Assembly: GCA_002269645.1 (NCBI GenBank) | Contig: NIVC01003410.1 | Coordinates: 1-64,000 of the forward strand | Source: Macrostomum lignano | Lineage: Eukaryota | Reading direction: 5' to 3' | DNA: 64,000 nt | Shown here: positions 1-12,770 of the stretch, in pieces | Layout of the letters: every line of letters starts with the position of its first letter | Position numbering within the stretch: the stretch's first letter is position 1 | Position numbers and translations under genes: made by a program | The notes under the pieces: model-generated | The model's input: the letters and a program-made list of their open reading frames with translations, nothing else | The model's database searches: none | What the model was told of the DNA's origin: nothing

Positions 1-130
1 CCTCATTCTATATACGGATGTCCTATTCTAAATCAGGGTGTGCTCATCCCATAGCCTAGGGCATCGGTTCACCCTGTGACTGAGTGCTCTCACCACACCA
101 TATATAAGTTATCCTGAGCCCCGGGCTCAC

Positions 131-1401
<1,271 letters not shown>

Positions 1402-1556
1402 TGTTGTGGTTTTTGCTACTGAAAGTAGACGGTTAGGGGATAAGTTTTGCCTTCCCTTGTTCCAGCTTGGTTTGAAATTTCATGTAAGAAAAGTAATAAA
1501 AATATCCATGATGTTGAGCTAAAATCCATGCTACTTAAATGATATACTGACTTGAA

Positions 1557-1700
1557 TCAGGATGCCCTCCTTCTATATCAGGATGCCCTCCTTCTATATC
1601 AGGATGCCCTCCTTCTATATCAGTATGCCCTCATTCTACGAGTATATCAGTATGTCCTTATTCTACATCAGGATGTCCTCATTCTATATCAGGATGTCAC
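1557..1700. repeat. 21-bp degenerate tandem repeat (ATCAGGATGCCCTCCTTCTAT)
   Basis: About 6-7 copies; the ORF track shows 7-aa periodicity (QDALLLY). Confidence 0.85.
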
Positions 1701-2479
1701 CAACTCACCGAGAAAGTTTAAGCACGTTTTTGAAACGGGATTCCTTCTCTTTTTAGTCGCAATTTCCACTTACACACTCTGCTAATCTCTTTTATTTGAA
1801 GCAATTGCAATCAAAAACCTACTGCACCTCGAAGAATTGCTGAGCGATTGCCAATAAGTAGGGAGAACCCGCGATGCACCTCTCATGTGATTGGCTGTTC
1901 GAAATGCATTTCGAATTCCGAAAATCTGCACACGAAATTGGGGGAATGAATTGGCAGATCAGTATTTTTATTGCCCGAATCGTCCGCTCAGCCACTCTCT
2001 GACCCCCTGGGGGGACGGCACTCCGGTTGAACAGATCGCATTTGCATTTTCCGGAAACGGTTGAACCATTAAAAGTGACTTTTTTTGGAAAAAAAGAATT
2101 TAAACAAATAAAATTAAATGGTACTTGTCGTTTGCGGTGACTAATTAAATTTAATGAGGTCTGAGTTTGCACCATTGTATCTACTCTTTCTATTTTACAC
2201 AGTCTTATCTCAATAGATCTAGTCTCATATCATGGAGATGCATTTTGTCCTTTTCGGTTTTTTTTTGTTTTAGTTTTAAATTTTATCGGATTTTAGCAAC
2301 AAAAATATCTTACTCAACTTTCGATCACTCTTAATCTTACCTAACTCTACTGTAATCTCTAATCTCACTCTCTAACTTCACCTCTTCAAATCTTGCCTAC
2401 TTCTATCTCACCTCTACTCTTAATCTCATCTCATCTACTCCACTTTCGACTCGACTACAGCCTCTCCTATGCTAGTATC

Positions 2480-2835
2480 AACTCTATTCTCACCTCTTCT
2501 CTAATCTCATCCCGTCACTACTCTATTCTCACCTCTACTCTAATCTCATCCCGTCACTACTCTATTGTCACCTCTACTCTAATCTCATCCCGTCACTACT
2601 CTATTGTCACCTCTACTCTAATCTCATCCCGTCACTACTCTATTCTCACCTCTACTCTAATCTCATCCCATCGCTACTCTATTCTCACCTCTACTCGAAT
2701 CTCATCCGGTCACTACTCTATTCTCACCTCTACTCTAATCTCATCCCGTCACTACTCTATTCTCACCTCTACTCTAATCTCATCCCGTCACTACTCTATT
2801 CTCACCTCTACTCTAATCCATCCCGTCACTACTTT
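2480..2835. repeat. 39-bp minisatellite (CTCTATTCTCACCTCTACTCTAATCTCATCCCGTCACTA)
   Basis: About 9 copies; 13-aa periodicity in the ORF track; flanks are degenerate copies. Confidence 0.92.
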
Positions 2836-3906
2836 ATTCTCTCCTCTACTCTAATCCCACCTATTCGACTTTAACCTAACTCTAACTTCAACTAGCTTCT
2901 AATCGTAATTCTACACTTATCTCACCTCTATTCTAACCTCATCTACTTCAAGCTGGACTCAAATCTAATCTCACCAACTCTAATCTTGCCTCTATTCTGA
3001 TCTCGCCTACTCCAATTTTGAATTAACGTCACCTATTTACCCAAATACACTAATCTGATCTGAACTCTACTCTGACTGAATATAAGAAGCAGCAAGGCCT
3101 GGAGACTGGAGACTGAGAACCCTGCAGTTCCCTTATAGCTGCCGCAAAAATCCTCCTCAATCAAATTCTCTCTCAGGCAGTCCAGGCACGCCAGCATCTC
3201 TTGTTTGCTAAGTCATTTATGCACGCAAAAATGGCCTCATCAAGAGGGAGGCCCTGCAGAGTGCACGGGTGTCTGCGTGTTCCACTCAGATATCAGCTCA
3301 TCTCATTTATTGCTGCCCATATTTCTTAGGGTAAGGGGGGTTGCTACTTGAACTCAAGATGCTCAGCGGTTGCTGGCGCTTTAGACTTTTCTCTCTCATT
3401 TTGGTGCACTGTTTTGACCCGTGTAGACTCAGATTGAGAGTAAACTCTACAGCTGATATAAAAATTATGCTCTAAAGCTATAGAATGTACTCGAATTCCA
3501 ATTTCTACATACTGCATCGATGGCGGAGAACTCCGTACTCACGAATCAACGACTCCATATCTACTGGAAGCTGGTCTTTGCAAACTGATTGTGTACGTCG
3601 TTTCTGTCTAATATTGTTTTTCTAGTTTTAGAGAAATTTTTCTTTAAACTACTTTAAGTAGTTTTCGAGAGTATATTTAATATAGAGTTTTCCCATTAAA
3701 TTTTATAAATAATTAATTCAAGAAAATTAACAACACCTGTTGTTATTTTGAGTGCCTTTCTGCTACGCTGCTTTAAATGTCTCACGGCTAATAGGGATAA
3801 ATACACCAGCTTTACACCTGCACTCAAAATTAGCTAGTGCCTAAAGCCTGAAAAAAGTCTAAGGGAAACTTAAGCTTTTTCACAGAAAGTTAAAATCGTA
3901 GCAAAA

Positions 3907-4689
3907 ATGACCTCGAATTATCTGCTGTTGTTAATCCTTTGGGTCAGCAGTCGTGAAGAAATTATGATTTCTGCAACCAGCATCAGCAGCGGCACGGGAT
4001 ACTCGGCCATCGATGCCCTCCTGTGCGTTGCCAGCGAGTTCGTCCAGACGCGCCCGGAAGTCGAAGGCGCTCTGGGCTGCGCGATGCTCTGCAGCCGCAA
4101 CCCGCGCTGCCAGGCGTTCGGAGCTCCGGACGGCGACTCCACCGCCTGCCGACTCTTCGTGTTCGACGCCTGCAGCCGGTCGGTGCGCTCGGACTGCGGC
4201 TGCTCGCAGCGCGGTCGGCTGTTCGTCAAGCAGCGGTCGGGTCTGACGTCCGGCTCGCTGTGTCCGAGCGGCTTCGGACACGGCCGGTGCGGAGTGAAGT
4301 ACATGGCGTACAACGGCTCCGGGAACTGGGAGCAGAGCCGACTGAGGTGCGAGTCCGAGCCCGGTCTCGTCGTCATGGCCGACGCTGCCGACCTCGCCGA
4401 GCTGAGCCACCTGGACCGGGTGCGCAACGAGTCGCTGTCGCCTCAGACCTCCGTGTGGCTCGGCGGTCTACAGCAGCCCGGCAGTGCGGAGCCGTCAGGC
4501 GGATGGACGTGGGCGACCTGCGGCAGCCCGATTGACAGCAGCCTGTGGACCACCGATCAGCCAAATAATTTTCAAGAGGACAAAGCAACTGCCATTGCCA
4601 GGAATTTTCCTGGACTTCTGGTTGACGCCAATTCTATGGACGCGCGCTCGACGTCCGTTCTGTGCGAGTGCGTGTCGCCTTTTGACTAA
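3907..4689 (+). CDS. Secreted PAN/apple-like + C-type lectin domain protein, copy 1 (260 aa, single exon)
   Basis: ATG ORF with hydrophobic N-terminus; PAN-like C-x3-C-x5-C (GCAMLCSRNPRCQAF); CTLD motifs W-x3-R-x2-C, VWLGG, WTW, W-x2-DQPNN and terminal C-x-C; GC-rich island in AT-rich flanks. Confidence 0.85.
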   Translation: MTSNYLLLLILWVSSREEIMISATSISSGTGYSAIDALLCVASEFVQTRPEVEGALGCAMLCSRNPRCQAFGAPDGDSTACRLFVFDACSRSVRSDCGCSQRGRLFVKQRSGLTSGSLCPSGFGHGRCGVKYMAYNGSGNWEQSRLRCESEPGLVVMADAADLAELSHLDRVRNESLSPQTSVWLGGLQQPGSAEPSGGWTWATCGSPIDSSLWTTDQPNNFQEDKATAIARNFPGLLVDANSMDARSTSVLCECVSPFD

Positions 4690-5898
4690 GCATCGGAATG
4701 AAATTTAAACTGTCATCTAGGTATAGCTTCAGGATCCTTGTAGGATTTGTGAAAGATCAGACTCTGAAGTTTCTGAAATGAACAAATAAATTCTGCTGTC
4801 TCATAGTAGTCAGCCGCATCTAATGACGAACACCCTTGTCAAAAATCGTTGTTTTTTACGCGCTCAGATGAATCCCGCAGAAAAACCTCATAAAGTTGGA
4901 CATTTCACTTCCAACAAATAGCCATTTCTCATTGCCACTTGTTTACGGATGACTTTTTTATCTGATGCTTGATACTTTTCCTACTCTAACTTTTCGGATA
5001 TCAGGGGCGACAGATGTGGCTTCGCCCATCTAAACCTGCTGAAAGAAATTACAAAAGCTAGCTCTGTGAACAGTTGCACCTGTCATGTCAAGTGTCGATT
5101 GTCAGCGTTTGTGTCCCAAAAGCAATTCCTACACACGTGTGGAGCAGTTCAATAGCCATGGGAATAGCTGTTGCTAATTGGAATGAAAACATTGTCCACG
5201 ATTTTCTGTGAAATCGCATTTTAGCTATTACACATATCTTTCTGGCCACATCTGGCCATTTTCAGATGGGACTTTTTTTCGTCAAATTTTAATAATTGCT
5301 TCAGAAGCTTGCTTGCTGCATCGTTCCAATATCAGAATCAGGCAGAGCTCATCGAGAGGAGCTTGTCACAAAGCTTGTCAGAGGCGGCTCTGCAACTCTG
5401 TGTTAATTGCCTCTTTCAATGCCAAACATTGATATACAAACGAGATTCGTAGTCAGGACCACGTTTTCTGAGTCTAAAGTCTTTATCAGCTACTTATGAG
5501 TAGGGATGCACGGTTGAAGCGTTTCCTAGAATTCATAGACACACATATAACATGTGGGCGCTTCCAAAGTCCCCGACGCGAAAGCGTTGAGTGGCTACCT
5601 TGGGTATTTATTCAAAAAATCGATTTTTTGAGAGAGAATATTATTGACACCATGAACACCTGGGAAGAAGGCTACGGAAAAAAGTAGTTGAGTGACTGAG
5701 ACACTCAAAGCAGAGCCCTTAATGGGAGTGCAGATTTGACAAATGAAGCTAGTTTTTACTAAGAAATCGCTCCGTGTCACTCATACAGCTTCGTCGCTTT
5801 GAAAAACATTTATATATTGAAGTGAATCAAATAGAGACAAGCCAGACTGGAGTAGTCGTATCTCCTACTCAAGCAGCATACAGTTAAAAACCTTAAAG

Positions 5899-6687
5899 AT
5901 GACTGCAGAAAATCTAATGCTCATAATTCAAATACTCGCTGCCTCATCGCCTGTGCTGCTCTTTGCCTGCGCCACCAGCATCAGCAGCGGCACGGGGTAC
6001 TCGGCCATCGATGCCCTCCTGTGCGTTGCCAGCGAGTTCGTCCAGACGCGCCCGGAAGTCGAAGGCGCTCGGGGCTGCGCGATGCTCTGCAGCCGCAACC
6101 CGCGCTGCCAGGCGTTCGGAGCTCCCGACGGCGGTTCCGCTGACTGCCGGCTGTTCGTGTTCGACGCCTGCAGCCGGTCGATGCGCTCGGACTGCGGCTG
6201 CTCGCAGCGCGGCCGGCTGTTCGTCAAGCAGCGGTCGGGTCTGGCGTCCGGCTCGCTGTGTCCGAGCGGCTTCGGACACGGCCGGTGCGGAGTGAAGTAC
6301 ATGGCGTACAACGGCTCCGGGAACTGGGAGCAGAGCCGACTGAGGTGCGAGTCCGAGCCCGGTCTCGTCGTCATGGCCGACGCTGCTGACCTCGCCGAGC
6401 TGAGCCACCTGGACCGGGTGCGCAACGAGTCGCTGTCGCCTCAGACCTCCGTGTGGCTCGGCGGTCTCCAGCAGCCCGGCAGTGCGGAGCCGTCAGGCGG
6501 ATGGACGTGGGCGACCTGCGGCAGCCCGATTGACAGCAGCCTGTGGGCTATCGGTCAGCCAAATAATTTACGAGAATACAATGTAGCGGTCATTGCCAAG
6601 AATTTGCCGGGACTTCTGGCTGACGCCCATTTTATGGCCACGGGCTCGACGTCCGTTCTGTGCGAGTGCGTGTCGCCTTTTGACTAA
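5899..6687 (+). CDS. Secreted PAN/apple-like + C-type lectin domain protein, copy 2 (262 aa, single exon)
   Basis: Tandem paralog of 3907-4689, near-identical from ATSISSGTGYS onward; shares the sequence around the stop (TTTGACTAAGCATCGGAATGA). Confidence 0.85.
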   Translation: MTAENLMLIIQILAASSPVLLFACATSISSGTGYSAIDALLCVASEFVQTRPEVEGARGCAMLCSRNPRCQAFGAPDGGSADCRLFVFDACSRSMRSDCGCSQRGRLFVKQRSGLASGSLCPSGFGHGRCGVKYMAYNGSGNWEQSRLRCESEPGLVVMADAADLAELSHLDRVRNESLSPQTSVWLGGLQQPGSAEPSGGWTWATCGSPIDSSLWAIGQPNNLREYNVAVIAKNLPGLLADAHFMATGSTSVLCECVSPFD

Positions 6688-7917
6688 GCATCGGAATGAG
6701 ATTGATGCTGCATTGCTTAAGCTGTACGGCTCGTATCCTGAACCTCTTTCTTTAATTTGTTAAGGAAAGACTCAACGATTCTAAAATTAACAAATAAATC
6801 CTACTGTCTCGGAGGAGTCAGCCGCATCTCATAACTAATGCACTTGTGTGAGATTTTCTCGTCGAAGTTTCAGCGCCTTTCTAGCGCCCCTGCATCGACT
6901 GGCGCCTTTCTATTTTTTTCCAGCCTCTCGCCCCCATGTCTTGCCAATCGCCTAGCTAGACAGACAGGAGTTTAGTTTCAGTATATTGGATATTGAATGA
7001 ATATCTGGTGTGCAAATTCAAGACGTCTTCGAGCTCCTGCATCGGCTTGTCTCTTAACGTGGGGTTTGATTTTACTTGATACCAATAGAATAGAAATTGG
7101 TAAAGTTGCGATACAAGCAAAATCAATGAAAATTTTATTGCATTTGTGCAATATTTTTTAAAAATATTTTGATTTTTAAATAGGCTGATCAAAGACAATA
7201 AACGTCATTTAGGAACAAGCAGACGGCGTCACACAAAAAACGTTCTAATGCAGCCGCACGGCACGTTGAGACTCCTGGAGGTCTCAGGTCGTGACCTCAA
7301 CGTCAACAACGCGAATTAAATAAATAAGCCTTTGCTTCCTCAAACTCTCGAATTGCTTGTTGATGTTGCGGGCCTGTCAGACCCAGGGGGATCCGTGAAA
7401 GCGTTGCTGCTGGCTAAGTCAACCAGTTATTGACACTACAAAATTTGAAGGAAAATAAAACTTTTTAAACTTTCACGTTTAGCATCCTACTTCAAGTAAA
7501 TGGATAGATTTGAGGTTTGCGCTGGTGGGCTTGCGTTAAAAGCAGCCACTCCTCTGGCACGGTCTTACAGACTCAAAAATCATTTGCAGCACTTGAGAGA
7601 CCGTGTGTTTTCTCAATTTTTGTCTTCCAGTTTTCTTCACCTTGTCAACTGACACGACCACTTTAGCCTCGTCTAAGATGTCAATATTAACCCTTATCTT
7701 TCAGAACAATCGATTCTTGAGTTTGCGCTTTCCCACGTTGTGAGATCCTCACCTACAAAGCAAATAATGGCCGCATCTCGGAAGCTACTGGCACATGTCA
7801 CACGGAGCTGCTTCTTCTGATTTCTTTGCCTAAAGATGTTTTTCCGATATTTAGCTCGTAAAAAGCAGCCCGAAGAAACGGTTTCACGGCAACTTGATAT
7901 TTTTAGCTCTTGCCAAC

Positions 7918-9699
7918 ATGCTGGTTTTGTTGAGCACACTTGGCCAGTTATTTTGCCTCAGTGCCATCGCCTCGGCGACCCTCGTGGGGCTCACCGACTA
8001 CAACAAACTGCCCGCCTGTCCACCTGACGATCTGCCTGCTGATGGAGTGCGGAAGCTGGAGCTTCATCAACTGCCTGAACGCAGCATCGCTGGCTGCGTG
8101 CTGAGCTGCCACACGACAGAGAGCTGTGCAGCTGCCAGCATGGTCGCTGAGCATCGCTGGTGTCTGCTGGCGACTGCCGAGGCCTTCCTCACTGCATGGC
8201 TGCACGGACACGGCCAGTGCGACTCGTTTGTGAACAGGCGGAGGCTGGCAAAGTTCCAGCAGGGTGAGAAGTCATGAGTGACTACAGCTGTGCCCATGCA
8301 GTGTGTGACTGCAGCTGTGCCCATGCAGTGCGTGACTGCAGCTGTGCCCATGCAGTGCGTGACTGCAGCTGTGCCCATGCAGTGAGTGACTGCAGTTGTG
8401 CCCATGCAGTGTGACTGCAGCTGTGCCCATGCAGTGAGTGACTGCAGCTGTGCCCATGCAGTGCGTGACTGCAGCTGTGCCCATGCAGTGCGTGACTGCA
8501 GCTGTGCCCATGCAGTGCGTGACTGCAGCTGTGCCCATGCAGTGCGTGACTGCAGCTGTGCCCATGCAGTGCGTGACTGCAGCTGTGCCCATGCAGTGCG
8601 TGACTGCAGCTGTGTCCATTCAGTGCGTGACTGCAGCTGTGCCCATGCAGTGCGTGACTGCAGCTGTGCTCATGCAGTGCGTGACTGCAGCTGTGCCCAT
8701 GCAATGTGTGACTGCAGCTGTGCCCATGCAGTGTGTGACTGCAGCTGTGCCCATGCAGTGCGTGACTGCAGCTGTGCCCATGCAGTGTGTGACTGCAGCT
8801 GTGCCCATGCAGTGCGTGACTGCAGCTGTGCCCATGCAGTGTGTGACTGCAGCTGTGCCCATGCAGTGCGTGACTGCAGCTGTGCTCACATCGTTATCGA
8901 ATTGCAGCCCACACGACCGACCTGCCCAGCAGCATCGCGGTGAGCTCGCTGCGGATTCTGTACCACTTCCGTGCGGGCTCGTTCAACCTGGCGCCTGTGC
9001 ACCGGAATCCACACACTCCGGTGCTCGTGTCGGCTGTGCTCAACCGGTCTGCGGGCGCGTTCGTGACGGGAGAGGCTGGCTCCTTCATCGACGTAAACAT
9101 GGCCGACGGAATCGAGGACCTGTTTGCGCCCGAGCCCAACGTGACCGTATTTATGAGGGCCAGACTTGATTTCAATGGATTGTAAGTCTTTTTAGATTAA
9201 GTAAACTTTCCCTTCAGATAAGATGGATGTACAACTTGGACCTTTCAGGGACAGGTTCAACGCAATATACCGGCTCTATAGTAGACAGAAGGCCAAATTT
9301 TATGTTGGGCTGTTTCTCAGAAATGACACCCAACTGACGCAAGTATACGCAAAGGAAAGCGGAATAAATCAATTTACAAATTACCGGTACGTCACGGATC
9401 CCGGCAGTTACCCATCGAACTCTTCCGGATTGTTTCGCGCCTTCGGCTTCTCCCTGCAACAGTCGTTGGATTGCTTCTTCTACTCTGACAACAAGCTGAC
9501 CCGCGTCCCTAGTTTTAAAGATCCTGACTTCCGGTTTTACAGTCCAGCGGAGGACCTCCAGAACCTCAGAATAGGCGGGATCAGCCCTACAGACAGGAAT
9601 TTCTACATGAAAGGTTGGATCGAATGCTTTGCAATTGTCAAAGGAAATTTGAGTCTTGAGCAATTCAACGGACTGGCCTCCTGGTGTACAAATAAGTGA
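7918..9699 (+). CDS. Secreted PAN/apple + LamG/concanavalin A-like (pentraxin-like) domain protein, 3 exons
   Basis: Exon 1 7918-8263 (signal peptide; SIAGCVLSCHTTESC...WCLL; donor G|GTGAGA phase 1). Exon 2 8908-9181 (acceptor TTGCAG; AHTTDLPSSIAVSSLRILYHF...). Exon 3 9218-9699 with LamG-type end LRIGG...MKGWIECFAIVKGNLSLEQF. The exon 2/3 junction is off by one base (see findings). Confidence 0.65.
8278..8888. repeat. 27-bp minisatellite (GTGACTGCAGCTGTGCCCATGCAGTGC) filling intron 1 of the PAN-LamG gene
   Basis: About 22 copies running from just after the donor to about 20 nt before the acceptor. Confidence 0.97.
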
Positions 9700-10679
9700 C
9701 CAGAAGGACTAACGATGAACTCCTAAGCGCCGTGAAATGGCTGAAAGAATTGTGAAAAAATTTAATCTGAAACAAGAACAACTAAAGGAACGCGCGTATA
9801 TACAGGATGCGACACTCGAAACCTATTGCAAATGTTTTGAAGGCCACTTTTCGCTGAAAATACATTACGGAGATAGGAAGTTTTTACTTTTTTTCAGCAC
9901 AAAAACTGCTATTGCTTTCGATTGGAGGCAGATCCAGAGTGTTCATCTTTTGATAGGTTGTGCCTTTCTTATTGCTTTATTGATTATTGATATTCACAAA
10001 GCTTTTCGTTCAGAAAATTAGGATTCTATGTTAACTTTTCATTCTACTTCTTATTTGACGCCCCCCATTTGGCCACTTGTGTGGTCGGCGCGGGGCGTGA
10101 TGTTATTATTTTTGAGCAATCTCGAGTGTTAATGCGAGCACTTGGCTTTTAAAATTTGTCGCTTTTTGCAACTTATAATTTATCTCCACTAGAAATTACT
10201 TGACCGAAGAGTTCAACTTATTTTGAATTTCGAGCGATTCTCTTTATTTAGTGTTACATCCACCTCCAGGGCGAAAGAAAATAGGTTGGACGTGCGTGAG
10301 CTAAGGCCATTGTTCACAATTTCACTTCACGTTAATGACCTCCAGTTAATGACCTCCTGCTGGCGTTCTAGGAGACCAGTGACGCTGTTCTGTGGCCGAT
10401 TTGCAGGCGGTGGGTCTCAGCCCTCAGACCGCAGCTGCCTGCCTTCACGCCTGTTTCGCGAAGCACGTGTTCGCAAAATCCCTCTAGTTTTTGCGTTTCT
10501 CTATCTGTCTATCTATCCCTAGGTTCAGTGAGATGATTATCCATAGCCTCAGGATTAGTAGGAAAAGGGTGCGGTCTGGCGCACGTCACTGCTTGGCAGG
10601 CCGTCAACGGGTCAGAAGTTTGGAAGTCCTTTGGGTGATTGTCCATGACTTTGGAATGAGCACCTATGTCACTTAGGGA

Positions 10680-10910
10680 TGAGCATCCATGACTCAGGTG
10701 TGAGTATCCATGACTCAGGTGTGAGTATCCATGATTCAGGTGTGAGTATCCATGACTCAGGTGTGAGTATCCATGACTCAGGTGTGAGTATCCATGACTC
10801 AGGTGTGAGTATCCATGACTCAGGTGTGAGTATCCATGACTCAGGTGTGAGTATCCATGACTCAGGTGTGAGTATCCATGATTCAGGTGTGAGTATCCAT
10901 GATTCAGGTA
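10680..10910. repeat. 21-bp minisatellite (GTGAGTATCCATGACTCAGGT)
   Basis: 11 copies; 8 carry a perfect TGACTCA, 3 carry TGATTCA. Confidence 0.95.
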
Positions 10911-12039
10911 TGAGTGTCTATAAGATAAGTGTCCAGAGCTAGTGTCCATAGTTGAGGAGGAGCGGGTTTAGTTTTAGATGGGGTTTTAGTTGCTTTGGCT
11001 CCAGCTAGCGATTCTATAGGTTGAGAAGGCATGGCGGAGTTTCTGGGGAAGTATCAGATAATGTTTTTGGAATTTCCAGTCAGAGGGCTTCTGTTGAGAA
11101 CTAAGGATTCTATTAGTCGAGACGCACTGGTAGTCAGGGGGGATACTTCACACAGAGTCCTTTAGATCGGCCATGGCCAGACTACAGGTGCCCTTGAATC
11201 TTTGCTCGCAACAGGCTGGGAAACCCCCCCTCTCATTACCTTTAGTGCGCACCTTCAAACACACTGGAGCCGCTGGTTCAGCATGCGAGAAGTTGGTCAC
11301 TCCGTCACAGCACAAGCTGCCCAACATCAGCTGAGGTGAAATGGTCCAAGTGAGCGAGGTACATATCGGCGCCAGAATAGAGCGCTCGGGGTTACAGAAA
11401 ATGATAGAATAGTGAAAGAACCCCAATTAATTCATAGAAAAAAGATACTTTTCGTCACAAAATAACAGCGAGTGGTTTTTCTGATGTAATTGGTTTAAAT
11501 TAAAAAAAAATTTTAAACACTTCAAACAGCACCAGCTGTGTAAATTACCAAAATAAAACACGGAACTAAAAAGTGTCTCAACTTGTAAGTAAATACTGCT
11601 TGATCCAGTCAAGTCTTAAAAACTGGGACAATTTTTTAATAAAAAGTTAAACCGAAAGCAACCGAATTTTTTATTAGATATTCGATTACTTAAGTAGCAC
11701 AGTAGCAAGATTACTAAAAGTTTTTGGATGAACAAATTTTCATTTAAATTCATCTAAAAGTTAATTTTGTAAAGGAAAATTTTGCAAATATGTTTTGGAA
11801 TGATTTGTAGTTTTTTTGCAGAAAATGTCATTGGCTACAGAAAACAAAGCAGAAAAAAAATTAACAAACATCCCCTGCATGCTGATGGCTAAAAAAATAT
11901 CTTGCTGCGCTGTCACCAGAAGAAAACATCTGAATTAATGATGTATCGCAAGAGAAAAACATCTAAGTTACGGGGCTATGTGGGCTATGAAGATTTTTAA
12001 AAAATAAAACGTGTAAGCGACGGGGCACTCAAAAAATGT

Positions 12040-12770
12040 AAGCAGCGGGCCATTCACAAAAAACATGTAAGCAGCGGGCCATTCACAAAAAGCATGTAAG
12101 TAGCGGGCCATTCACAAAAAACATGTAAGCAGCGGGCCATTCACAAAAAAACATGTAAGCAGCGGGCCATTCACAAAAAAACATGTAAGTAGCGGGCCAT
12201 TCACAAAAAACATGTAAGCAGCGGGCCATTCACAAAAAACATGTAAGCAGCGGGCCATTCACAAAAAACATGTAAGCAGCGGGCCATTCACAAAAAACAT
12301 GTAAGCAGCGGGCCATTCACAAAAAACATGTAAGCAGCGGGCCATTCACAAAAAAACATGTAAGCAGCGGGCCATTCACAAAAAACATGTAAGCAGCGGG
12401 CCATTCACAAAAAAACATGTAAGCAGCGGGCCATTCACAAAAAAACATGTAAGTAGCGGGCCATTCACAAAAAACATGTAAGCAGCGGGCCATTCACAAA
12501 AAACATGTAAGCAGCGGGCCATTCACAAAAAACATGTAAGCAGCGGGCCATTCACAAAAAACATGTAAGCAGCGGGCCATTCACAAAAAACATGTAAGCA
12601 GCGGGCCATTCACAAAAAACATGTAAGCAGCGGGCCATTCACAAAAAACATGTAAGCAGCGGGCCATTCACAAAAAACATGTAAGCAGCGGGCCATTCAC
12701 AAAAAACATGTAAGCAGCGGGCCATTCACAAAAAACATGTAAGTAGCGGGCCATTCAAAAAACACAAGCA
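12040..12770. repeat. 29-30-bp minisatellite (AAAAAACATGTAAGCAGCGGGCCATTCAC)
   Basis: About 24 copies; unit length varies in the A-run; degenerate copies on both flanks. Confidence 0.97.

Noticed and set aside
3918-6425. Antisense and alternative-frame ORFs over the lectin genes
   Set aside because: Shadow ORFs of GC-rich coding sequence with no independent motifs.
11148-11426. 92-aa minus-strand ORF
   Set aside because: No ATG start, no domain motif and no convincing splice sites.
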